In this document: one piece after another, positions 24,497 through 32,101 of the stretch
How the letters are laid out: each line of letters opens with the position of its first letter
Position numbering within the stretch: position 1 is the first letter of the stretch
Origin: Planctomycetota bacterium
GTDB lineage: Bacteria > Planctomycetota > SZUA-567
Reading direction: 5' to 3'
NCBI GenBank assembly: GCA_031555915.1
Contig: JAVBTZ010000058.1
Span: 1 to 50,035, forward strand
Length of the DNA: 50,035 nt
Notes under the pieces: model-generated
The model's database searches: none
What the model was told of the DNA's origin: nothing
What the model saw: only the letters and a program-made list of their open reading frames with translations
Position numbers and translations under genes: made by a program

Positions 24497-26707
24497 TCAG
24501 GAGTTCAAGTCCACTTTCACCATGCCTACGGATACGGGTTCGTAATCCTGCAATATTTCGTTGAAAGACATCACCGCCAACATCGGGAGACGCGCCATGG
24601 TCAAACGCTTCACATGCAAACGAATCTGCGGCCCCACCAAGAGGAGCGGATTGTTCCCGCCCTGGACCTGGCGCTGGACTTCGGTGGAAATCGCCTCCAC
24701 CAGCTTCGCCTGCGCCGGCCCGTGGAGGGTTATGAAGGAGCCGGCTTCGGTATGTTCTATTCTTTGCGACAGCTGTTCCTCGAGGCGCGGGTCCATGGTG
24801 ACCACGTTCAATTTGTGGGTGCCGGGAAGGGCGTATTCGTTGCAGAGCCAGCGTTTCAGGCTGTTACGGGCGAATTCGGTGAGGATGTCCGGGTCCTTGG
24901 TGCGGCGGCCGACATCGCCCAAAACTTCCAGGATCGAACCGAGGTTGCGGATGGAAACTTTCTCCTGGAGAAGATTCTGAAGAACTTTCTGGACGTCCCC
25001 GATGGAAAGAACCCCCGGCACCACTTCCTCGACCGTACCGGGCGAATATTCCTTGACCGTGTCCAGGAGTTTCCGCACCTCGTCCTTGGTGAGAAGTTCC
25101 GCCGACCGCGAGCGGATGACCTCGGTGAGGTGGGTCGCCACCACCGTTTCCGCGTCCACGACCGTGTAGCCGACCCGTTCGGCGTATTCCCGCGCCGACG
25201 GATAAATCCACACCGCCGGCATGCCGAAGGCCGGTTCCACCGTTTCGTCGCCGTCGAGGCGTTCCGTCGCCGCGCCGGAGTCGATGGCCATGAGCTTGTC
25301 CGCCTCGGCCGTCCCCTTCGCCACCGGCGCGCCGTGAATCCTTACCACGTACTCGTTCGCCTCCAGTTGGATGTTGTCGCGAATGCGAATCGGGGGGACG
25401 ATTATCCCCAGTTCCAGGGCCAGCTGTTGGCGAATCATGTTCACCCGCGCCAACAGGCCGCCGCCGCCGGACTGCTGGGTGTCGACCAGCGGCACCACGG
25501 CGTAACCGACCTCCAGTTCCATCGCGTCGACCTTGAGCAGATTCTCCACTTTCTCCGACGCCGGCGTCGCCGCCGCCGCCGCGTCCTCTTCCTTTTTCCT
25601 CGCCTCCGCCTTCTCCCGCGCCTCCACCGCCGACGTCGACATGGTGCGTTTGGCCAAATACCAGGTGGCGCCGGCAAAGGCGGAGACAATCAGGAGAGGC
25701 ACCGGCGGGAAGGGCGTCAGCCGGACCAACCCGGACAAACCCAGCAGGCCCAGCATCACCGCGGCGGCGGCGATCGGTTTCTCCTGCCCGAGGAACTGGC
25801 CGAGAAGCTCGGTGCCGAACTCGGTGCGGCCGGCGGCGCGGGTGACCAGGAGGCCGGAGCCGACCGAAATCATCAGCGCGGGAATCTGCGAGACCAGGCC
25901 GTCGCCGATAGTCAGGATGGTGAAGACCCGGGCCGCGTCTATGAAGGGCATGCCGTTAATGAAGACGCCGATGACGAAGCCGACCAGAATGTTTATGCCG
26001 GTGATGATGATGCCGGCCATGGTGTCGCCCTGCACGAACTTCGAGGCGCCGTCCATCGCGCCGTAGAAGTCGGCGAGCTGCTGGACTTCCAGGCGGCGCT
26101 TGATCGCTTCCTTCTCGTCGATGACGCCCGAGGCCAGGTCGGCGTCGATGGCCAGTTGCTTGCCGGGCATCGAGTCCAATGTGAAGCGGGCCGCGACTTC
26201 GGCGATACGGGTGGCGCCCTTGGTGATGACCATGACCTGGATAATCATGAGAATGATGAAAATCGTGAACCCGACCGCCAGCGAAGACAAACCCCCCTGG
26301 GTGGCTCCCGTGACCGAACCGCCGCCGCCGACGAAGGCGCCGAAGGTGGCGATGAGGTGCCCGGCGGCGCCGATACCCTCCTGGCCGCGGCTGAGAATAA
26401 GCCGGGTGGAAGAAATGTTCAGGCCCAGGCGGTAAAGCGTCAGCATCAACAGTAGAGACGGGAAAGTGCTGAACTGCAGCGGTTGATCCACAAAAATGGT
26501 GACCATCAGCAGAATCATGGCCATGAGGATGTTGAGAGCCAGGGCGATGTCCATGACGAACGCAGGCATGGGCACCAGCATGCAGGCGAGGGCGCCGATG
26601 ACAAAAAGCGATATGAGGATGTTCTTGCTGCCTTTCACCAGCAAGAATGCCTGAACCTTGTTGGCCCAGACCAAAAGGGGGTTGGTGGCTTGCGCGCCTG
26701 CGCTCAT
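24497..26707 (-). CDS. flhA: Flagellar export apparatus protein FlhA
   Basis: 736 aa. FPSLLLMLTLYRLGLNISSTRLIL, FVQGDTMAGIIITGINI, cytoplasmic domain with VVATHLTEVI. Charged, Ala-rich linker insertion (AREKAEARKKEEDAAAAA). Confidence 0.97.
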   Translation of the reverse strand: MSAGAQATNPLLVWANKVQAFLLVKGSKNILISLFVIGALACMLVPMPAFVMDIALALNILMAMILLMVTIFVDQPLQFSTFPSLLLMLTLYRLGLNISSTRLILSRGQEGIGAAGHLIATFGAFVGGGGSVTGATQGGLSSLAVGFTIFIILMIIQVMVITKGATRIAEVAARFTLDSMPGKQLAIDADLASGVIDEKEAIKRRLEVQQLADFYGAMDGASKFVQGDTMAGIIITGINILVGFVIGVFINGMPFIDAARVFTILTIGDGLVSQIPALMISVGSGLLVTRAAGRTEFGTELLGQFLGQEKPIAAAAVMLGLLGLSGLVRLTPFPPVPLLIVSAFAGATWYLAKRTMSTSAVEAREKAEARKKEEDAAAAATPASEKVENLLKVDAMELEVGYAVVPLVDTQQSGGGGLLARVNMIRQQLALELGIIVPPIRIRDNIQLEANEYVVRIHGAPVAKGTAEADKLMAIDSGAATERLDGDETVEPAFGMPAVWIYPSAREYAERVGYTVVDAETVVATHLTEVIRSRSAELLTKDEVRKLLDTVKEYSPGTVEEVVPGVLSIGDVQKVLQNLLQEKVSIRNLGSILEVLGDVGRRTKDPDILTEFARNSLKRWLCNEYALPGTHKLNVVTMDPRLEEQLSQRIEHTEAGSFITLHGPAQAKLVEAISTEVQRQVQGGNNPLLLVGPQIRLHVKRLTMARLPMLAVMSFNEILQDYEPVSVGMVKVDLNS

Positions 26708-26752
26708 TAACTGGATCCTATCCCTGGCGTTTCCATTGCTCCCGCCTTAAAG

Positions 26753-27871
26753 TTACGCCGGCCGCGGCGCCGCCGGCTGGGGCTGGATGTACATTTTCCG
26801 CTGTTTCATGCGGTAAACGTCGGCGAGAATCTCCGCCACCGCCTTGAAAAGCTCCTCGGGAATATAGGCCCCGATTTCCACCTTGGCGTAGAGTTCCCGC
26901 GCCAGCGGCGGATTTTCCACCAGCATCACCCCCGCCTCGCGGGCGATGTCGATAATTTTCTGCGCCTGGAGGTCTTTCCCCTTCGCCACCACCCGCGGGG
27001 GTTCCCGCTCCCCCTCCCCGAGCTTGAAATCGTATTTGATAGCCACCGCGTAATGGGTCGGGTTCCTGACCACCACCTCCGCCTGCGGCACCTCCTGCAT
27101 CATGCGTTTCTGGGCCATTTCCATGGCTTTTTGCCGGCGTTTACCCTTGATCTGCGGGTCGCCTTCCATTTGCTTGTATTCTTCCTTGATCTCCTGTTTG
27201 GTCATTTTCAGGCTTTTGTTGTTGTTGTATTTCTGATAATAGAAGTCGGCGAAGCCCAGCGCCATCAAGAGAATCGCCAAAGTCTGCGCCAGGGACAGCA
27301 CTTTCTCGGTGGAATAGATGAACATCCCCGCCGTTTCCATTTCCACCATGCCGACCACGTTTTTCACCTCGGTGATGACCGTCCACCAGGCAATGGCCAT
27401 TATGACCGAAAGTTTAGCCAGGTTCATGATCAGCATGACTATGTTATTCAGGGAAAAAAGACGCTTGAAGCCGGCGACCGGATTAAGCTTGTCGAAATTA
27501 AGCTTCAAGGGTTCGGTGGTAATCAGCCAGCCCACCTGGTAGTAGTGCACCAAATACGCCGCCGCCATCATCAGGAACAGGAACGGCCCCACCAAAATGA
27601 GCAGCCACAACATCCAATCGATCGCGTAGGGGATCACTTCCTTGCGTTCGGGAATTTCCAGACTCGGCATGTCTATGGCGATCATCTTTTCGAAGAAGAT
27701 CATCATGTGTTCTGCCATCCAGGGACCGAGGTATTTCAGGATGTTGATGGCCACCAGAAAAAGCATGGCCGCGGCGAGATCCTTGGATTTCGGAATATTG
27801 CCCTGTTTACGGGCTTCGGTTTTCTTGTGTTCGGTGGGTTCCTCGGTTTTTTCTTCGCCGCCGGCGGCCAT
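26753..27871 (-). CDS. flhB: Flagellar export apparatus protein FlhB
   Basis: EEKTEEPTEHKKTEARKQGNIPKSKDL N-terminus, four TMs, NPTH autocleavage site (VVVRNPTHYAVAIKY). Confidence 0.95.
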   Translation of the reverse strand: MAAGGEEKTEEPTEHKKTEARKQGNIPKSKDLAAAMLFLVAINILKYLGPWMAEHMMIFFEKMIAIDMPSLEIPERKEVIPYAIDWMLWLLILVGPFLFLMMAAAYLVHYYQVGWLITTEPLKLNFDKLNPVAGFKRLFSLNNIVMLIMNLAKLSVIMAIAWWTVITEVKNVVGMVEMETAGMFIYSTEKVLSLAQTLAILLMALGFADFYYQKYNNNKSLKMTKQEIKEEYKQMEGDPQIKGKRRQKAMEMAQKRMMQEVPQAEVVVRNPTHYAVAIKYDFKLGEGEREPPRVVAKGKDLQAQKIIDIAREAGVMLVENPPLARELYAKVEIGAYIPEELFKAVAEILADVYRMKQRKMYIQPQPAAPRPA

Positions 27872-27874
27872 ACG

Positions 27875-28768
27875 CTATCTCCCCGGCCCCGATCCCGCCC
27901 TGCCCATCTCGCTCACCATCACGGAAAGCTGTTGCAGCATGGTTCCAATCGGCCCATCCGGCGTTTCCTTTATATCGAACTGGATGAGGTCCCTCAGGCT
28001 GTAGTGCCAGTCCTGCGGCACCAGGGCCATGCAAATCGCCGGATAAACGAAAATCAGGGTCGAAAGCCCCAGCACCACCCTCAGGGGAATCCCCAGCACC
28101 TGGATGTTCATCTGCGGCATGGTCTTGGTGACGAACCCCTCCACCACGCTGTTCATGAGCATGATCATCATGATGGGAATGGCCATCTGCGCCCCCAGTT
28201 TGACCAGTTCCGCCGCCTGGACCGTGGCCATTCTATAGACCGGATAGTTCAGGTTAACCGCCGGCCGGAGGGCGCCGACCGGGATCCATTCATAGCTTTT
28301 CGCCAGAATGTAGATAATCAGGAGATGCAGCTTGGCGGTGATGAACAGCATCAGGGTCAGGTTCATGTTGATGAAGCCAAGCATCGGAACTTCAATTCCC
28401 GACTGCGGATCGACCACGTTCGCCATCGAGAAGCCGATCTGCTGGCCGGCGATTTCACCGGCCATCTGCACCCCGGTGAAAATCAGGGACGACAGAAAAC
28501 AGATCGACATCCCCAGCATGAACTCCTGCCCGGCGATGATCAGCAAGTCCACCATCTCCAGGTTCAGGGGCACCTGGGCCGTCCGGGCCGCCGTTCCCAT
28601 CAATAGCAGGGGAAACGCCACCGCCAGGGCGATGCGGATTTGCAGCGCGAACACTTCCGAGCTGAAGAACGGGGCGTACATGCATAGGCAGGCGCAGCGG
28701 ATCAGCACCATTATGTAAAGTAGAAACGAGGAAAGCATTTCCGTCGTCATGTACATGTCGTAAGTCAT
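27875..28768 (-). CDS. fliR: Flagellar export apparatus protein FliR
   Basis: Polytopic protein with LLYIMVLIRCACLCMYAPFFSS and FliR-like helices. ATG at 28768 has GGAG 8 nt upstream. The track ORF start at 28798 lacks an RBS. The stop lies 3 nt before the flhB start. Confidence 0.9.
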   Translation of the reverse strand: MTYDMYMTTEMLSSFLLYIMVLIRCACLCMYAPFFSSEVFALQIRIALAVAFPLLLMGTAARTAQVPLNLEMVDLLIIAGQEFMLGMSICFLSSLIFTGVQMAGEIAGQQIGFSMANVVDPQSGIEVPMLGFINMNLTLMLFITAKLHLLIIYILAKSYEWIPVGALRPAVNLNYPVYRMATVQAAELVKLGAQMAIPIMMIMLMNSVVEGFVTKTMPQMNIQVLGIPLRVVLGLSTLIFVYPAICMALVPQDWHYSLRDLIQFDIKETPDGPIGTMLQQLSVMVSEMGRAGSGPGR

Positions 28769-28855
28769 GCCGCCCGCTCCGACCCGTTCCGTCGCCATAC
28801 CGCGCCGTTTTTAGAAAAACCCCGGTTTTGCCCCGCGAATCCCCCTCCGACTTCA

Positions 28856-29004
28856 GGGCACCTCTAAAAATAGCTATTTGGCCCGCTGACGCGGATGGGC
28901 GTAGCGGCAGCGTTTTGTAACACGCGGTGGTGGTTCGTGTTACAAAACGCGAGAGCGAAGCCCTGACGAAGTATCCGGGCAAAATAGCATTTTTAGAGGT
29001 GCCC
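28856..29004. repeat. Repeat family B, copy 1: 149-bp MITE-like element with ~24-nt terminal inverted repeats, inserted between fliQ and fliR
   Basis: gggcacctctaaaaatagctattt ... aaaatagcatttttagaggtgccc. Central 13-bp hairpin cgttttgtaacac/gtgttacaaaacg. More than 90% identical by eye to the reverse complement of 33510-33658. Both copies are preceded by cttca. Confidence 0.9.
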
Positions 29005-29059
29005 TTCAAACACAAGAAACCATAGAAAGCGTTCTCCACGGCGATCAATAGAACCAGCT

Positions 29060-29332
29060 TCAATAATAGCTTGAAAACATGGCCATGCATTTTTCAAAGT
29101 ACTCCGAGATAAAATCAATCAGCCATGGCATCGCCATCGACACCACCACCACCACCGCCGCCAATTTCGGCACGAAAGTAAGGGTCATTTCCTGGATACT
29201 GGTGACAGTCTGAATCAGGGACACCAAAACGCCCACCACCAGCGCGGTAATAAGGGTCGGCAGCGACAAAATCAGACACGTCCACAGCATGTCCTTCGCC
29301 ACATCTATGATGTCCTGAATATCGGGAACCAT
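29060..29332 (-). CDS. fliQ: Flagellar export apparatus protein FliQ
   Basis: 90 aa, two TMs. LPTLITALVVGVLVSLIQTVTSIQEMTLTFVPKL is the typical FliQ core. Confidence 0.92.
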   Translation of the reverse strand: MVPDIQDIIDVAKDMLWTCLILSLPTLITALVVGVLVSLIQTVTSIQEMTLTFVPKLAAVVVVVSMAMPWLIDFISEYFEKCMAMFSSYY

Positions 29333-29359
29333 GGTTTTGTCCCTTTTTCGCGTAAACCC

Positions 29360-30427
29360 TCAATATACCATTTGCATGTTGGTCCCGGTCGCCACCGGAA
29401 TTAGGTGTTGCAGAAGCGTGGGGGGAAAGCTGGTGATAAGCCCCTCGAACAGGAGCCGCCAGCCGTCCACAATAACGAAAACTATGATCTTGAAGGGAAG
29501 AGAGATCATCACCGGCGGCAGCATCATCATACCCATCGACATGAGAATCGAGGAAATGACCACGTCCAGCACCAAAAACGGCAAATATAATAGAAACCCC
29601 ATCCAGAACGCCCGCTTAAGCTCCGAACAGATGAACGCCGGAATCAGCGCCGTCGTCGGCACGTCCGCCGGCAGCAACTGCCCCAGATTCTCCAGCCTGG
29701 CCGCGTCGGCGTGGCCCGCCGCCCCCATGAAGAAATACAACTCTTCCTTGCCGTCGTTCGCCGCCAGGCATTCCAGCATGAACTTGCGTAGCGGCGCCAT
29801 GGTCCGCACCAGCGCCTCTTTCTGCCGCAGGCGCCGCACTTCCCCGGGGGCAATCTCCACCATGGTGCCGTTGAAATAGGGCGCGAGGCCCTCATCCCAC
29901 GCCGCCTCCCAGGTCGGCCACATGATGAAGAAGGTCAGGAACAACGACAACCCCACCATCACCTGGTCCGGCGGCAACGATTGCGTCCCCATCGCCCGCC
30001 GGACAAACCCCATCACCACCATGATGCGAAGGAAGCCGGTCATCATGATCATGATGCTGGGGGAAAGGGTCAGAATGGTTAAAATAATCGCTATCTGCAG
30101 GGCGGAGGTCATCTGCTCCGCCTTGTCCATCGGCACCAGACTGCCGTTTTCTATGGTCGGCAGCGGCAAATACAAGAGTCCGTCCTCAAGCGGATTTCCC
30201 CGGGGAAGGGCCGGCGTGAAGCGTTCACTTTGCGGCACGCGAATGGACGTCGGCTCCGGCGATTCGCGCCGCGCCGTGTCCCGCTCCATGCCGGGCTCGC
30301 GGCCAATCCGCCCGACGCGGCCCATGAAGTCCCAGCCGAAATCGTCTGCGGCGACGGCAGTATTTACGAATAAAGTTGAAACGGCCAGACAAAAAAATAG
30401 CGCCGTCGGCAAGGTGGTTCTGGGCAT
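29360..30427 (-). CDS. fliP: Flagellar export apparatus protein FliP, with ~85-aa insertion after the signal peptide and ~20-aa C-terminal tail
   Basis: Core LTLSPSIMIMMTGFLRIMVVMGFVRRAMGTQSLPPDQVMVGLSLFLTFFIMWP and IPAFICSELKRAFWMGFLLYLPFLVLDVVISSILMSMGMMMLPP. 355 aa, against the usual ~250. Confidence 0.95.
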   Translation of the reverse strand: MPRTTLPTALFFCLAVSTLFVNTAVAADDFGWDFMGRVGRIGREPGMERDTARRESPEPTSIRVPQSERFTPALPRGNPLEDGLLYLPLPTIENGSLVPMDKAEQMTSALQIAIILTILTLSPSIMIMMTGFLRIMVVMGFVRRAMGTQSLPPDQVMVGLSLFLTFFIMWPTWEAAWDEGLAPYFNGTMVEIAPGEVRRLRQKEALVRTMAPLRKFMLECLAANDGKEELYFFMGAAGHADAARLENLGQLLPADVPTTALIPAFICSELKRAFWMGFLLYLPFLVLDVVISSILMSMGMMMLPPVMISLPFKIIVFVIVDGWRLLFEGLITSFPPTLLQHLIPVATGTNMQMVY

Positions 30428-30789
30428 TAAGCTTCCTGTCAGGAGACTGCTTCAGGCCCCCGCTTGGGCGGGCGCCATGTAATGGCGTAATTAAAAGCTA
30501 CGGCAGCAGACGGAATTGAATCCATCCTCTCCAAAAGGGATGAGGGAATGATCCGCCTTCCTCTACCGACTCTTCGGGCGCGGTCGCGCGGCAGATGCAG
30601 ACGCGACGGGAGTTTTGCTCCGACTCCGTTTGGAGCACGCTGACGCTTTGCTCCGTAGAGGTAGTGTTTCGACAAGGGGGCTGGTTGCGCCCCCTTGGAA
30701 TCCCCCCAACCAGCGGCCACGCTGGACCATATTGTCGCTTCGCTCCTTTTTATAAACCACTTTTCTACCGCTCTTCTACTGCTCTTTTT

Positions 30790-31635
30790 CTAGCCCAACG
30801 CGTCGATTCTCCGACCCCCGGGCGGCGGCTCCTTATCCCGAATCTGCTTCACCCGCTCCCGCAAAGTCGACATCTGCACCTCAATCTGCGCCGCCTTTTC
30901 ATCCGCCAACGCCCGATTTTCCGCCGCATCGGCTTTCTGGACCGTCTTCTGAAACAACCGCTGGAAAACGGTCAAGCCGGCCTCGGTCTTCGGCCGGGCC
31001 AGCTCAAGAATGCCGGTAATTTCGGTCTCGTCGGTTATTTCCGACAATGGCCGCATCTCATCCGGCGAAACGCCGACGACGATAATCCGCTTCCCCACCC
31101 GCACCAACGACACGAAACGCCGCTGATCCAGGTGCGTCCGCCCCAACACCTCCATGGCGGGATGGTTGAAAAGCTGGCGGTGGCCGGGCAGGTATTTCTT
31201 CACTACATAAAGGATGCCGCAGAAAATCCCGCAAACCACCAACACCGCAAACAGGGCCGACCACATCGAGGGCATGGCGGCGCGGTCGGAGTCGGTCCGG
31301 CCGCGGCGGCGATTCGTGTCGGGGAAGGAAAGGGGATGATTTTCGAAATTGTTGCTCGCGACGGCGGCGGGACTGCCGGCGCTTTGGGGACCGGCCGACG
31401 GCGGCGTGCCGGAAACGGGTGTTCCATAAGAGGTGGAAGCGGGATGGGAGGGTTGGGAGGAATAAGTTGCTTGACCGCTGGCGGCGGCCGGTTTGGCGAC
31501 GGTGGCGGCGGGGGCGGAATTCCCCAAGGGGAAGCCTTTACCGGCGGCGTTTTCGCCGGCGACGGCGGCGTTGGCCGGGATTAGCCGGCTAACTATCAGG
31601 GCTGCGTATAGACATAGCGCGAGATAATTGTTCAT
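30790..31635 (-). CDS. fliO: FliO-like flagellar protein, extended (281 aa)
   Basis: Single TM WSALFAVLVVCGIFCGILYVV followed by the FliO core EVLGRTHLDQRRFVSLVRVGKRIIVVGVSPDEMRPLSEI. N-terminal signal-like helix plus an Ala/Ser/Pro-rich region of about 110 aa. C-terminal coiled-coil-like tail. In-frame upstream starts exist up to 31782. Confidence 0.7.
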   Translation of the reverse strand: MNNYLALCLYAALIVSRLIPANAAVAGENAAGKGFPLGNSAPAATVAKPAAASGQATYSSQPSHPASTSYGTPVSGTPPSAGPQSAGSPAAVASNNFENHPLSFPDTNRRRGRTDSDRAAMPSMWSALFAVLVVCGIFCGILYVVKKYLPGHRQLFNHPAMEVLGRTHLDQRRFVSLVRVGKRIIVVGVSPDEMRPLSEITDETEITGILELARPKTEAGLTVFQRLFQKTVQKADAAENRALADEKAAQIEVQMSTLRERVKQIRDKEPPPGGRRIDALG

Positions 31636-31743
31636 GCCGCGAGCATCCCCCATGCCTGCGTGGTGGTTTCTCTTGCGTTTCCGCCCGAATGCCCCCGGGC
31701 GCCCCATATTTCGGCGTTGCCGCCCTGCGGCGGGTTCGCCATA

Positions 31744-31776
31744 GAAAATCATTCGGCCGTTAATGGAATGATTTTC
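31744..31776 (-). promoter_or_regulatory. Perfect 11-bp hairpin in the leader of the flagellar operon
   Basis: gaaaatcattc-11 nt-gaatgattttc. On the minus strand it is preceded by AGGAGGTGGGGG. Confidence 0.4.
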
Positions 31777-31787
31777 CCCCACCTCCT

Positions 31788-31816
31788 AATATCCGTATTT
31801 GGGGGGGTGGAATCAA
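31788..31816 (-). promoter_or_regulatory. Sigma-70-type promoter candidate for the fliO operon
   Basis: Minus strand TTGATT-N17-GATATT. No sigma-54 TGGCAC-N5-TTGC element found nearby. Confidence 0.25.
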
Positions 31817-31856
31817 GAGGCTTATTGGGAAAAAGTTGATTGGGGGAGGGCTAGTG

Positions 31857-31960
31857 CCACCGTCATCGTCTATCCCCCTGGATTCCGGCTAAACCGCCCG
31901 TTAGGGATGCAGCAGCCGTTTAAGACGCCGGAATGACGTGCGGGGAGGGGACAGCGTAAC
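31857..31960. repeat. Repeat family A, third copy (inverted, shortened)
   Basis: ccaccgtcatcgtctatccccctggattccggctaaaccgcccgttagggatgcagcagccgtttaagacgccggaatgacgtgcgggg aligns to the reverse complement of the 176-bp unit at 20767-21118, with point differences and internal deletions. Confidence 0.8.
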
Positions 31961-31978
31961 AGGCTACGGAGGAATGTT

Positions 31979-32094
31979 TTGCCCTTATTTCAGCGCCATT
32001 CGGGACACGTACCGAATTATTCCAACTGCCGAATAATTCGGAACATGTCCCCATAATTCTCACGTTTGCAGGTAGTTGTCCTTATTTCAGCGCC
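31979..32094. repeat. Repeat family D (long form): direct repeats flanking a 21-nt-arm palindrome
   Basis: ttgcccttatttcagcgcc (31979-31997) and ttgtccttatttcagcgcc (32076-32094) flank gggacacgtaccgaattattc / gaataattcggaacatgtccc (32002-32022 / 32031-32051, 19 of 21 paired). A short inverted form is at 49811-49852. Confidence 0.8.
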
Positions 32095-32101
32095 CCAAGA
32101 A

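Noticed and set aside
24614-26455. 613-aa + strand ORF (also 25533-26066 and 26100-26435) opposite flhA
   Set aside because: Antisense shadow ORF typical of high-GC DNA. The translation is Arg/Gly/His/Asp-rich low complexity with no motifs, while the minus strand encodes an unmistakable FlhA.
27053-28606. 517-aa + strand ORF opposite flhB and fliR
   Set aside because: His/Arg/Gln-rich low-complexity antisense translation. The opposite strand carries the FlhB NPTH site and FliR helices.
30439-30760. 93-aa and 65-aa minus-strand ORFs in the fliO-fliP spacer as possible extra flagellar genes
   Set aside because: Both are highly basic, Ala/Arg/Ser/Pro-rich, have no RBS and no hydrophobic segment. 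I treat the spacer as non-coding, pending comparative data.
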